Source: Amphiscolops sp. MND2022
Lineage: Eukaryota
Length of the DNA: 64,000 bases
Reading direction: 5' to 3'
NCBI GenBank assembly: GCA_964187785.1
Contig: OZ076417.1
Location: forward strand, 25,110,001 to 25,174,000
The notes under the pieces: model-generated
The model's input: the letters and a program-made list of their open reading frames with translations, nothing else
Told to the model about the DNA's origin: nothing
Database searches by the model: none
Part shown: positions 34,901 through 42,600 of the stretch, in pieces
Layout: each line of letters begins with the position of its first letter
How positions within the stretch are numbered: the first letter of the stretch is position 1
Made by a program: the position numbers and the translations under genes

Positions 34901-36205
34901 GTCCATGCAGGCGGCGAGTAGGAAGTTGATTGCACCGTACAGAAGGATGCCCACAAGACCAAGAGGCACCCCCATCGAGATCTTCCTCCACAGAAAGGGC
35001 CCACTGGAATCACACATTCCACTATTACTTTCTCACTATTTTGTACCAATATGACATGACAGTCGCTTGGAGTACACAAGACTAACAAACAGGGAACGTC
35101 TCAAACAGGCACCCCATTTCAGGCTCAAAAAGCGCGAATTCTTTTGAATATGCTAAAAGGCTGTTTTGATGGAAACTGAATAATTTCAGTGCCAAAAAAT
35201 AAGGGATTTACCTATCTCAAAATTTTAAAAAAACCTAAAATGGGACCCTTTAATGAAATTTCTCAAACGAAAACGGTCAAAACAGAATCAATGGGGACCA
35301 TTCGGTCAAACAAAATAACAAAAGTTGTACTGACAAAAAACCCAAAAAGGTACCCGAATGATCTTATGTAGTTTTGCAAATCAAGTGACAGTGTGAAAAA
35401 TTTATCGAAAGATCGTTTGGCTCATTTTAGATCTTGGGCCAGATTAAAAAAAATTGTCATGTCATAAAAAATTGCCAATTGAAGAGTCGGGCACGTTTTT
35501 TGGGTCCTAAAAAAATCAGGGTCCTAAAAAAATCAAACATGACGAGAACGTCTAAAGTCGGTGCTATATCTGATGCTCAAAAAGCGCAAAATATTTTTGG
35601 AAAAAAACTTGAAATTCTTTTCTTTCGAAAAATGTTGCATAGTGCCGAAAAATGTAAAAGGGAAACCCTTTTTGATTTATAAACATACATTCTGTTGCAA
35701 AATCTCAAAGGGGGGACCCTTTGGGGACATTGAAAGGGGGACCATTTGCACTAAGTTTGCCTGGCCGGTCTTGGCCTTAGGTGGTTTCAGCGATGTTCCT
35801 AAAAAGAGGACCAATCAATGAAAAAAAGTCACTGCTATAGTCGGGCATTTTTCTTTAAAAGGAAAACGCGCCGACTAAAAAGGCCAAATTTTGTCCTTGC
35901 AAAAGATGTTCACTGACTGTGGTAAGTGGTTCCGAATAAGGTAGCTATCAATGCAAAAAAAAACGCGATTTAACGACATGACGCTTCGAACTCTGGAGCT
36001 TTACGGCGTATCTGGTGTCTGATTCTCATAATAGTAGCACTCACTCGAAGGTTAAGAAGAGAATAGCGAGGCCGAGTATGTAGCAGATACCGAACCAGAA
36101 GACAGAAAGATCCTGTCCTGAGATGCAACGTCCCCCACAGAAGATTCGGTTGCGACCGGCATGTTCTTCAGCTTGTGATTCGACCGCCTTCTCAACATCT
36201 AACAT
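10911..36205 (-). CDS. zDHHC palmitoyltransferase paralog A (ERF2/ZDHHC9/14/18-like), 331 aa; exons 36045..36205, 34843..35003, 13609..13749, 12708..12845, 11853..12120, 10911..11037
   Basis: All six exons join in frame through GT-AG sites (996 nt). Motifs [53 protein letters not shown] (DHHC exon, missed by the ORF track) and TTVE (TTxE). Confidence 0.92.
14185..14536 (+). repeat. Polinton left terminal inverted repeat (~352 bp)
   Basis: Reverse complement of 34434-34784 apart from small indels (G-run length, a 4-bp CGAA indel) and a few substitutions. Contains an internal ~20-bp direct repeat. Confidence 0.95.
14857..17223 (-). CDS. polB: Protein-primed family B DNA polymerase, C-terminal part (interrupted by Copia)
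   Basis: [17 protein letters not shown] and YSDTDS motifs; [13 protein letters not shown]. The frame stays open up to the TSD at 17224. Confidence 0.93.
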   Translation of the reverse strand, partial: HHICSAINNCNPKNKFSVIPTTDEKYISFTFSVWVNSYTDKNGMTKNVYEDMRFLDSFKFMPQSLDKLAGFLPQDKFIYLESQFNTYKTPSQIDLLKRKGVYPYSYMDSFDKFAEEKLPPKEFWKNTLAGGEVTISDQDLQHASLVYQEFDCKTLGHYHDLYLHTDVLILASVFEEFRKVCYATYGLDCAHFYTASNLSGEAFLKVCNADIELLTNREHLEVAENLIRGGISSVFAKRKFEANNKYLPTYNSSQKQTFGLFIDANNLYGGIMEKFPLPLKNFVLKREGEVDPQEILNTPNDSPVGYVLEVDLHYPDHLHDLHTDFPLAPTKETINFFWLGEYQTRLLEMSGTKTFSTKNKKLIQTLYDKTNYTIHYMTLKLYCELGLQVTKVHRVLQFEQSKWLQPYIQLNTMKRKASTNKFEENFFKLMSNSAFCKTMESKRKRLSIEIVRTQDELQKQTSKMWMKTFKIFNNQLAAITFAQGKIYWDKPTIVGATILDLSKRHMYWFHYMYMKPNFRTLVLYSDTDSLIYEIESEDIYADLKENEQVHPEFDFSNYKEDNQLYSKHQKLETLKFKDEVGGKIIHSIVALKSKLYSIAMGDQQKISAKGTTKHAQKNLQHSVFYRILEKETLLRTLNYTINSERHNLFTLQTTKISLSCFDDKRYIMPNGVDTLPFGHYSLRDDVIFREIGADCDWGDEEEDFIQSPIQSNSNQPALFSPPDPGLNQDAIEESELPDVIDLTELSDFEEDLPNTQPNVFLDCEAVEVPTRGPPPQKKFKFYIDNELQ
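17229..17324 (+). repeat. Copia 5' LTR (96 bp)
   Basis: Identical to 21831-21926; TG...CA termini. Confidence 0.95.
17325..17333 (+). promoter_or_regulatory. Primer-binding site (initiator tRNA-Met type)
   Basis: TGGTAGCAG directly after the 5' LTR, complementary to the CUGCUACCA 3' end typical of animal tRNAi-Met. Confidence 0.7.
17335..21453 (+). CDS. Copia Gag-Pol polyprotein, 1372 aa, uninterrupted
   Basis: Zn knuckle [14 protein letters not shown]; protease LDSGC; integrase HHCC plus D/TDNGGEF/NGVVER; RT HVDDF; RNase H FSDAS...YTDNKSL...LADCMTK. Confidence 0.95.
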   Translation: MTKDSKTPPEWTSDMSYEIWKSEVEIWDAATTISDSRKAPTVALSLTGAKREIARNIPLEELKANDGLQKLLDKLKTSFGQDEDDKLFFDYLQFERFSRGTKSISDFITEFEALHNRLKKHKVELPDVLLACKLLSAGQFDDKDTKLILSATSKLSFENVKASMRRIFASTVNAKTQKSNDSTIAVKEEPAQENVLFGNTQSRFRYGNQERGRGQTNRGFQRGRGRGTNPVLKDGRVTTCNFCGSRFHFQKDCPDKQSVALVADNDSEADEQSYPVMIMITSALSKEANKMAVLDSGCSKTVSGQEWIDDYVKHLKPEMLKLVKKTKFSSSVTFGGGEKCNVYVQYHLPIVLGSHIRILEVMSIPGKLPLLLSTQSMKKAGFVLNFIENTILMADGTIIHCIESSTGHIMIDLKQEQNTCLHMEVNSKEIDKLHKQFGHCSAEKLSQLLTSSKSQFNERDIKVTVESCKVCRQHGRSRPKPVVSLPLATKTNQTIAIDLHQIVELGPSVWYIHIIDVFSRYSTATLIYNKHAETIIEAVLLKWCLIFGFPKSFLTDNGGEFDNHQFHEFAEKHDIIVKTTAAYSPWSNGVVERHNAIITEMMKKILADPSIKAKNETALQMAIFAKNCLINNDGFAPIQIVLGELPRLPSVLSNQPPALEPSSVSEAVANHLNCLIGARKAFLECENSTRIKRALKANIRSDDGPFENGQKVYYKRDHEQDWHGPGVVIGQDGSVVFVRHGGRFQKVHKTRIRRVNCENLESQNTISPKETDMKHATEMKEPESDLSTSDEESTNVPRDKELQNDTTQKVQIDKAINPGPGKLISFKSSQPGFEGKTIEAKIENRGGKATGKHKNWWNVTYSAPQELAGNKDCIDVSELQEASITNVLIESSDEFATAKQDEMNNWLKNGVFIEVNNEGQRFMTCRWVLTVKPNRKKARLVVRGFEDPDMDSLIKDSPTCSRDTFRIVVTICAAKNWQCHSMDIRTAFLQGAQLKRDVFLLPPIEAGVQNKLWKLQKCVYGLKDAARHWYDRLKQEIMKAGCAVSRLDPCLFYKKNAQCGLMGIIATHVDDFWWAGTSEFEGSVIETLNSVFEVRTQVSTPFNHLGFNVLQGKDTITLDLSDYVEELAELPVPCEDFVKLDEKAKMRSLLGKLQWIGGQARPDCSYILSRLLSLENSWTKEHFLTINKLVRRLRYSKRDCRLVYNKTLDTNNWTIIVFSDASLNNLPNGGTQAGHIIFLGQPLTFPCLLNWKSQKLRRIVRSTICGETIACVDAVDAAYLCQCLLKELLDVEIPIKCYTDNKSLVENLYSTKIQQDRRLRVEIAYLRDMIDGKIIDEIKWVPTVQQLADCMTKLTNAAADRLQQFINSPAPK
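21831..21926 (+). repeat. Copia 3' LTR (96 bp)
   Basis: Identical to the 5' LTR; preceded by a purine-rich tract AAAGTTGGAGTG. Confidence 0.95.
21927..23579 (-). CDS. polB: pPolB N-terminal part (Zn finger, putative terminal-protein/OTU-like region, Endo VII-like finger, start of exonuclease)
   Basis: CLYC...HLEHDH; ENCF...HHYVLI; CWIC...DHCHYSG...HSECN; HNMAGYD. Removing the Copia plus one TSD gives GYD-I-HHICS in frame, a 1339-aa PolB. Confidence 0.9.
23775..24697. repeat. Direct duplication of ~425 bp with 497-bp period in the Polinton intergenic region
   Basis: 23803-24200 is nearly identical to 24300-24697; the duplicated short ORFs at 23808 and 24260 confirm the offset. Confidence 0.85.
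24828..25427 (-). CDS. Polinton hypothetical protein, 199 aa, acidic/proline-rich C-terminal half with basic tail
   Basis: ATG-initiated intact ORF inside the element; no recognised motif. Confidence 0.6.
   Translation of the reverse strand: MATVFTHFTSKRFIIYETQFQKALSIIEQMRSDENDRWETKQHILLPNMVYHKLSKQPTEKTILERKRKIDSVDCEAASNWDIESLHRCDLRMLPIQIKRILCRDDCAMVPLTENQMGFFREVDSLEDFWGVEHDPESPSPQVSPEVLVCTTEDEETKDGDDLTVSPQIVTPDSTRTAALEPPPVKKAKQQEKKLLKRF
25842..26237 (+). CDS. Polinton protein, possible PC4/Sub1-like ssDNA-binding fold with acidic tail
   Basis: ATG at 25842. [10 protein letters not shown]...YVFLKLF...[13 protein letters not shown] resembles the PC4 beta-sheet plus SLTxEQW helix pattern (by eye only). 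Confidence 0.5.
   Translation: MFSGDFTLAKDEDFGDYYCDLSEKSNRILRATVKTYEHTGTYVFLKLFKKKPDAEFALVQKITLTKEEFEILLWKGKSVLQPSNIKKVTKKCKKIKKPSFVDSVAEEDDGDNVDGENKENIDPRKYGGSNV
26230..26808 (+). CDS. Polinton hypothetical protein with HUH-like motif (DNHYHVL)
   Basis: Intact ~190-200 aa ORF whose start overlaps the stop of the upstream ORF. Contains His-hydrophobic-His followed by Tyr residues ([10 protein letters not shown]). Confidence 0.6.
   Translation: MFERSPDYFKQFRKNFRFFLFKEKPKAGVDFPLDVVISIGLHSPVHDGLCNALPDNHYHVLAQCFGENYKGQPKSYLLPCLYSTYALLIANSDEKERCGEIFEKLDQAVQYNCDPPNRNPKKLLPSICFSVQKCDKAVQVSSGLSQGTIQRLENVMLGPYGGHFLLIADIFQTGHGSLNFVPVLTFSLNEIV
26839..27279 (-). CDS. Adenain-like (Ulp1 family) maturation cysteine protease
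   Basis: GKHW, FADPLG and [12 protein letters not shown] give the H-D-Q-C catalytic arrangement. Confidence 0.93.
   Translation of the reverse strand: MDEDYIAHLIKNSPRLKYKFGGIYPADKFPILLPNNTFVIVNSENSNSAGKHWIVWSNVKGTFNFADPLGLDLFLHYPNIAKRISAIPIQVQQTLKDATKTPLQNQNSNLCGLYCIYIAHFLLSSYYPLISYISETDLLRFVKTLM
27283..28589 (-). CDS. Major capsid protein (double jelly-roll), ~435 aa if a 1-nt frameshift near 28371 is repaired
   Basis: [26 protein letters not shown] continues, with one added base, as [34 protein letters not shown]. Typical Polinton MCP motifs follow ([15 protein letters not shown]). Confidence 0.88.
28579..28952 (-). CDS. Small basic core/virion protein, ~124 aa after repairing a frameshift at the T7 run 28803-28809
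   Basis: [20 protein letters not shown] amphipathic glycine-rich segment, a candidate protease-cleavage site, and a Lys/Arg-rich C-terminus. Confidence 0.7.
28952..29817 (-). CDS. Minor capsid protein (penton, single jelly-roll), ~288 aa after repairing a frameshift at 29638-29643
   Basis: N-terminus ...[30 protein letters not shown]; C-terminus [23 protein letters not shown]...[10 protein letters not shown]...VLTLKFKK. Confidence 0.85.
29804..30802 (-). CDS. Retroviral-like (rve, DDE) integrase of the Polinton
   Basis: [35 protein letters not shown]. Exact start codon uncertain. Confidence 0.93.
   Translation of the reverse strand: MPATKNLKKLLKAKRLDRKYGHLSESERKTLEKLYTQGPAAYGSVENLKKASKLPKRKVETFLAQTDAHTKYHAPRKNFPRLKVQAYRINEIWSIDVAYMDKLAKYNNGVKYLLVAVDVLSRFLRVEPMKTKSAADSTRAFKRMITKSIPEKIWSDKGSEFKGEFKQFCDSKNIDIYSTHGETKSAFAERNIRSLKNIIYKHLEKRWSYQYIKKLHDFVDIINSRVNRVTGLAPKKVSDKDVPHLISLVSYKSTKQLRVPKFRVGDFVRVSKENLPFKKGYKQNFTDEIFQIEKIATLNPPTYNSLDSEKEKLLGKFYQPELILVKKKNGRI
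30723..31307 (-). CDS. Polinton hypothetical protein (~194 aa) between ATPase and integrase
   Basis: Intact ORF in the position usual for Polintons; motif [15 protein letters not shown]. Confidence 0.65.
   Translation of the reverse strand: MNTQEFVLISKSFYIQQKHSTLQVLRDPEVEQKAKSLTLLQRNNTFPDPSTVEKKEKTSKENILKSLDMLTAAQKQRTREILNKIESSETIDFDETGDITVNKISTKISLSTFLYNLQQPNKNLTDPSYSIILKELMVNPNLVPNRNAKNILNPSTTRKRAEPTRDESDACNEESEEIAKSKASGSKIWTSLGI
31316..31618 (-). CDS. Small Polinton protein, 100 aa
   Basis: [14 protein letters not shown]...LRLLC...RRKIL pattern, familiar from ORFs downstream of Polinton ATPases. Confidence 0.65.
   Translation of the reverse strand: MSEKNLHTLSLLEKLTSVQQQKLLRHCDKEFFKFCCECAISVVNGTVGINVDELKQYEIQLRLLCKRSTSNKERRKILMSPKGLKLLNFIIRPCFCYLTD
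31536..32261 (-). CDS. A32/FtsK-like genome-packaging ATPase
   Basis: Walker A GPSGSGKT, Walker [23 protein letters not shown]. Confidence 0.94.
   Translation of the reverse strand: MNKIIFTTERVFMSVVGPSGSGKTRLIFSMLTSKTFYPRFQKIYYFYREFQQIFKEVEKRMNIEFISCLDFDLIKTLQECLLIFDDSCEEIYQDKNFAKIAVSGRHRGINCIFVKHNLYHQSKWSRTIDLNTTHIILFNSPRDTQQIEYLGRQLNKAVFLKECYTDAVAEPHGHLLIDLDPKTSECLRFCSNIVGPGPTIFYLPSSQAKITEINNEREKFAYTQSLGKTHFSTATKTSTTL
32258..32535 (-). CDS. Small membrane protein (two hydrophobic segments, C-terminal GYLLPSPKL), ~92 aa after repairing a frameshift at the A8 run 32399-32406
   Basis: MGSETVDLP...[17 protein letters not shown] joins [14 protein letters not shown]...[19 protein letters not shown] when one T is added. 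Confidence 0.65.
32871..33215 (-). CDS. Polinton hypothetical protein, ~114 aa
   Basis: ORF in the co-oriented gene array; no motif recognised. Confidence 0.4.
   Translation of the reverse strand: MVEASRTFGKNMSVASSARDSKLSRMKKKLPPLNMHISRPPPPVEIDKNCPNLPQEVRDVVKSKSVLRIWFYYGSGKTGSKFKIDLETKDKEWNSFIMLETQRIFVLPRSKSLN
33220..33789 (-). pseudogene. DEDD-like exonuclease-fold protein with an in-frame TAA at 33415-33417
   Basis: VIDFEGF...IVKELS...FKPP...HGIDWDSG...LGCP, then stop, then [11 protein letters not shown]...HCSKLK continues in the same frame. Confidence 0.6.
33783..34199 (-). CDS. Polinton hypothetical protein, 138 aa, first gene inside the right TIR
   Basis: ATG-initiated intact ORF overlapping the next gene by 7 nt. 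Confidence 0.55.
   Translation of the reverse strand: MEMDPQKIDVVKVQQTFHRLSLDNSDKFETYQKYVLSFCLVYLKNCNFNNITLGHLKYLLKEEPEIKCEIFYKYCKVYRLFVIVRDSQELMGTFSDVCDCLDRRTRLQKFWSCSVRPLWSILKLKYSAQAHWFRELEC
34434..34784 (-). repeat. Polinton right terminal inverted repeat (~351 bp)
   Basis: Ends ...TTAACTACT; inverse of 14185-14536. Confidence 0.95.
35555..35880 (+). mobile_element. Non-autonomous Helentron/HINE-like repeat, copy 2 (zDHHC-A intron 1)
   Basis: AAGTCGGTG start, GGGGGACCCTTT core, TAGTCGG...CCGACTA 3' hairpin, as in 3955-4540. Confidence 0.5.
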
Positions 36206-36638
36206 CTGAAAGGTCACAAAACGACGACACTCCCAAGGACACCACATCAGTAGAACAACCCCCTCCCAGAAATGACATTCGGTACCGTAACCCCCTATGT
36301 TTTCGGTATTCTATGGAAAACAGAATTGGATATGCTGAGTTACTAAATATGAGTATCAACATGCACTAGAGTTCTAACTGGTTAACATAAGAGAATTAGC
36401 GTTTGATCGCATATAGACAACCAAGACCCGATATATCGAGCCCTCTATTCATGACAATAAAATGACAATAAAAAATGCAAACCGTGACAAAAACTGCCGG
36501 ATGTGATCAACTGACGTAAAAAAAAAATAACAAAATTACATTTACCAAAAAATGTACCAAAAAACACTGAACTGTTAAAAACGCTTCAAAATCTGATTTG
36601 AAAACTTGATGGTCTACTCATCACAATATCAGCCTCAT

Positions 36639-39600
36639 TTACAACAAAAAGTAGGATTCCAAAAACTCAATTAAAGTATCGCATTTAGCAGACAAAACGT
36701 TCAACGCTTCAACGACCAGCTCATCAGGTCTCAAGTAAGAAACACTTTCAACGGAAAACAAAAAATGGTTTCTAATTTTCGACAACTCAATTAGTCCTTC
36801 GAACTCTTCATCTTCCAGCACCTGAAGGGATTGGATACTATTTCAGTTCTTGACTTTTATATTATGTATCAAGAGTTATTTAGCTGATTAATAACATTTC
36901 GCCTGTTGATATTGAATGGCCAGTAGTTTTGTTAATATAATTTTCGAGAACAAAACGGAACAACGAAAGTTCCTGAAAATAAACGAAAGTTATCAAATTC
37001 ATCAGTTACATGTAACATCAACATGCAATTTTTGCCATATTGCCCTCTATTTGTCACAAGGATTATCTTTTAATCGGATTGAAATGCTCCAATATGCAAC
37101 TATTTGTTTTTTTAACCAATTAAATTGAGCAAAAATCCTGAATACATTTCAAAAATTAACTCAAAAGTTGGATCTAAAACAAGTTTTTTTTCATGATTTT
37201 TAGCTCTGAATTGGTTTTTAGTCTTCAAGCCTAAGTGGTGAAAACGCAGTCCGGTTGTATAAACATTTCATCTACCTCAAAAAACTTATTTTGGCAGATT
37301 TTATAAAACTTTCAAAATAAATATATAAATATTTATCAACATTGATCCATCTTTCATATTTCTCCTTCTCAAAAATTTCCAATCCCTATCAGTCAGTACC
37401 TGTCTGTTGCAAGTATCGAGCCTTGCATTTGCAACTTTGGCCACTTCGTTTCCTTGTCGGTCCTTCTCAACAGAGATGACACCCGGTGCGAAGTAGCTCT
37501 GCAGCTTGAGAGCCTGTTCATTGTAGATGGGCTGTTTCAAAATAATGTGAGGCATCAGTCTATACGAAGCTGTTCCTACGGGAGAGAACTTTGCATGGTC
37601 TCTTCCAATGCCTACACAAAATTCATGATGTTTACAGAAAAACAAGTGACCCATCTCAATGATATAGTCTACTTTTTGCTAGATTTCTAAAATACGACAA
37701 GCGATATTTCGCATTTTGATTTGGTGCAATAATTTGTAATTTTTTCTCCACTTGCTAGGGTTTCCAATATTTACTTTTATGGGACCGTTAGTGACTGAAC
37801 CTTTATTTGTAAAAAAAGAATTGGACCAAAACAACTAGCTCGGATTTCTGCTATCATACAAGTTATTATTTTCCGCCCATATTTCATATGGGAAAGGAAA
37901 ATATTTAAATCGAACGGGTTTTTTTTTTACAAAATTTGCCAAGAATTTATTTATATCAAAGCTAAAGCGTTTCACCCATAGAATTCAGCTCACATAAATT
38001 TAGCTTCGTGCGATTTGTATTTGTGGAGATTTCCGGATTTTTTTAGTTGACCCCAAGGACCCCAGAATGACCCCAAAAAGCGAAAATTTGCATTTTTTTA
38101 CGCTTTACTGCAATTTTTGTCAAGTTTCCGATAAATGTCGTGGATTAGAATGTTGAAGAGATTCACAAAGACAAGAATTCGTTGTCCAGTAGTCGTTTAT
38201 GAAGAGATAAATGCGGTTTTTTGGAACAAAAAAGACCCAAAAAAAAACAAAGAAAACCAAAAATTTCCAGATTTTTAACGTTTTAAAGCAATTTTTGTCA
38301 TATTTTCGATAGAATTTGAGGACTAGAATGTTAAAAACGATCAACATGGTACAAGTTTGTTGTCCAGTAGGCGTTTCAGAAGAGATAACGGCTGTTTTTC
38401 ATTTGAAAAATATCTGAACTTGACACCGAAAATGACGAAAGTCCCTAAATTTTCCATTTTTCAAAGTTTCTACGCATTTTCGTCAAATTTTGGAGACTTC
38501 GTGGTTTGGATTGTTTTAAGGGGTCAACAAGGAAAACGTTGGTTGTCCAGTAACCATTTTTAAGAGTTTATTGCATTTTTCCAAATAAAAATGTCTCAAA
38601 TTGACAACGAAATTGACAAAAAACACAAAATTTTCCAATTTTCAAAGTACAGTTTTATGCATTTTTTGTTAAAGTTTCACAGACTTCGTGGATTGGAATG
38701 TTTTAAAGAGTCAACAATGAAAAAATTGGTACGTCCCATAGTCTTTATTCTTTAATGAAGAGATATTTGCAATGTTCTGATTGAAAATGTATCAAATTGA
38801 CACCGGAAATGACAAAAATCTCAAAAGTTTCCAATTTTCAAAGATTTCATGCATTTTTTCCAAATTTTTGACAGACTTCGTCAATTGGAACGTTGAAAAA
38901 GGTCAACAAGGAAAATAAGTGTTGTCCAATATGCTTAGAAAGAAGATAAATGCAGTTTTTCAATAGGAAATTGTCCGGAATCGACATCGAAAAAGACAAA
39001 GTTTCGAAAAAATCAAATTCCTTTTTTTTCTTCACTTTTTGTCAAAATATCGATAAACTCCGTGGACTACAGTGTTTAAACGCTTAAGGCGTGGGCAAAC
39101 TTGTTGTTTCGGTGAGCTTTCGTTACGAGATAAGTTCAATTCGTAAAAGAAAAGGGCCTCAAATTGACCTGAGATGTCAAAATTTGGAAGTTTTGGTCGT
39201 TTTTGATGCAATTTCTGTAGATTTTTCGAAAGATTTTGTTCTAAGTTCGCAATCCACTCAACAACAAAAAACGAGCTATGCAATGTTTTATTTAGGAAAA
39301 CATTACACGTTTTGCTTCACAAACACTTCAGAATGACTCCAAATGAGTCGAAAAATTTCAACTTTGTTTTTGTGCAACTTGTGTACTTTTTGAATCATTT
39401 TGGTGTCAGAATGTCAGCAAACGTTCAACAAAGACTGAACTTTTATTCAATTAGGCTTTCAGGGGAATATTTGCAGATTTCGGTTGGAAAATGGCTGAAA
39501 AGTGACCGTAAAAAGTCGAAAGCTTGAAAAGTTTTGTCGATTTCCCACATTTTCAGTGATTTTTTTTTTAGATTGGAAAATTTTGGTAAACTAAAAAGTT

Positions 39601-42600
39601 CAAAACGCTCGCGTTGATAAACTAGTTCCGGAACACGGTTTTAAAGAATGCCTAATTTATGGTCGGAAGTTTCCTCAAAATGACACATTTTTGGAAAAAC
39701 TAAAAATTTTCAAGTTTTTTAACATTTTCAGGCAGTTTTTTGTTGATTTTTGAACTACTTCCTTGCATAAAATGGTTTTAAACACTCAACACTAACTCAT
39801 CCGGGTATCTCCAGTTGGCAATTTGCAAGAGATAACTGCATGTTTTGTTAGAATTGGTCTCAAAAACACACAAAATCCATGAAACAACAAAAAAGCACGT
39901 TGTTTGACAAACTAATCCCATTTTTTGTTCAAGCCACGAAAGTTTTTAAGGAAGAGAAATTCCAATGACCCCAGCGTTTAAACAAAAAGGTATTCAAAAC
40001 GCAATTGTGGGAAAAAGAGGCATGAAGTTCATCGAGTTTACAGCAAAGATGTCAAACTTTCCGAACTTTCTTTATTTTCGACAACATAGTCCCAAATTTG
40101 GACACTTTCCTAAAAATTACTTCAATGAGAAATATTATAGGCTCAGTACTGAAACGTCTAATTACCGGTAGTGCTCCGTAAAGATATCAGACAAGTTTAT
40201 TCGCACAACTTTCAAATACTTTACTTGAAAACGTAAATTTCAACCTCATTTGTCCAATATTTGTCATTCAAAAACCTCCAAGCAAATTCATTAGAAATGG
40301 AGTACATCTTCCTAAGAAAGATGTTTCGAGCTACTCGTGGGTTAGATGGTGTAAACATTCAACAACAGCTAAACTTGGTATCCAGTAGGCCTATTTTTGA
40401 AGAGACATCTGTAGATTCATGTTCGAAAAGTTCCTCAAATTGACCCTAAACTTGTCAAAACTATTTGCAATTTTTGACACTTCTGGTGAAACAATGTACA
40501 ATAATATAACAAACCGGGATTGCACAACTTTCCTAATTTTGAAACAGACCTAATTTCAAGCTTTTACAATTTTCTCTTTTACCATTTTTGTCGAAACGAG
40601 TTTCAGCTCGCGAAACTGCTTTTCTCAAGCCGAAATGTGCTATGAAAGCAAGGGGTACACTTTGACCAAATGAAAGTACAAAGTCGAAAAAAAACTTAAA
40701 TGAGCTATTTCCCACAATCAAAAAGAAAACTCATCAGTTCCACATGATCAAAAGTAACAAAGAGGTCACCCTCAAGACTCGGGAAACTTGTTTCCTTTAC
40801 AGAAAACCTCAAAAACTAAAAATTTTGAAAATTTTTAAAAAATTTATTTTAAAAAATTTATTGAAAACTCTCTTTTTTCTCGGTAAGTCGCATAGTGCCG
40901 AAAAAACGAAAAGTGACCAGCTCTCTGAAAAAATAAATTAGGGGTTTCCTTTAAAGTGGGTGCGATGAATCAAAGTTTTCTTTTCTTCGAACTTATTGGC
41001 GTTTTTATAGTGCATTGGCTTATTCTTGAGCCTCAAACTTATGTAGTTGTAGAACAGTTCGGGGCGGAAAATATCCCGCTGCTCAGCGGGCGTCTTGTTT
41101 GAAAATCAAATAAACGAACATTCCAAAGTTTTCTTGGGCACTTGAAATGCAGGTTTGCAAAAAATGAAGAAACTTCCTAATTTCATTTTTCATTAATTGT
41201 ATTTACTACTGAATTGGCATATGGGACATCATTTTAGACAATTTTGTAACATTTGGCACCTAATTTGGAACTTTTGTTTCTTTGGCAGGTACTTCTTAAT
41301 TTACTGAAGCCCTTCATCTATTTTATATCAAGATAAATGGTATTATGTAGTTTTTGAAAGGGGTTTTCTATCATTTTATTTTATTTACAGTCCTGTATTG
41401 TCTTTTAGAGACTTAGTGATGTCTTCTCAGCCGTTTAGCAGTCTTGGCAGAGCGGATCATCGGATGCTGTGAGCAACAATCCTGGCGAGTTTCCTTAGTT
41501 TTCAAAACCAAGCTGTTTTATACTGCAATTATAGTTCTTATGATTTTGTTATTCAGTAATTCCAATCATTATGTATAAAGGTTATTTAAATGTCAAATTC
41601 CGATTTGAAGAATAAACATTAAATATCATTTAAAAGTTAAGTATTTGAAGGGTTGAATGAATCAGTTCAAATATGTGAAAGTTCGTCCTCTTTCAACTGT
41701 AGTTGTTTCAGTATGATACACTACCTCCCTTCGAAACACTTCCGGTCCTGTGAAGAACCATCATACGGAAGGAGATAGTGACAACTTCGAGTGAAGATTC
41801 CAATTGAGAATATCCAAAGAAATTATCCAGTGAAGAGAATATCCAAAATGAAATAGGAGGAAAAAAGCCAGCACAAGTATCCAAAAGCCCAGAGGAATAT
41901 ATGTCGATAATCCATTTTTTTTGTTTTTATGGCAAGCCCAAAAATACTGCATTGAATGTTTACAGAAATTATAAATGAAGTCCAGTTTTATGAGTAGAAA
42001 GAAACATGAAAAACGGGAAGTCAAGCTGAAGTGGATGATTCCATTTGGGTTTGGGAGACCAAGCTGCCAAATCCGTTAGCACGTTGCGGAGGTGAACTGC
42101 CGGGAGGATTCCCGGGAAGGTGGTTCGCCTCATTAGGACCGAAGGAATCGAACATGATTGATTTCGATCTTACAGGAAAAGATGATGCATCAGCGGCATC
42201 AGATGTTTTGCTTGAGGATGCACAATGAAAATGAAAACGGTCACCATGTTTGGATTGAAGTGACGGTATTTTGTTTTCGTGTTCTGTAGGGACATCTACC
42301 ATTTGACGAAGCGACAGTTTTCGTTTCAAATCATCGAAGATCTTGGGAACACGAGTTGCCAAATTGTAGCGGCGATAAATATACATGAATAACAGGTGAA
42401 GAGCCGTTGAAAAGACGAAGACAGTCAGTGTGAGCATGAACGATACCTCAAAAGGTACATACTGATTGAATTCTTTAACAAGGGACGGCTTCAATAATTT
42501 CATATTTGATGCGAAAGGTCGCGCAATTTCCTCAAGATGCTTGACTTCTCGTGGCTTCGGGCCTCTAGGAAGTTCCGTTTTAACTTGTTTCATCAACTTC

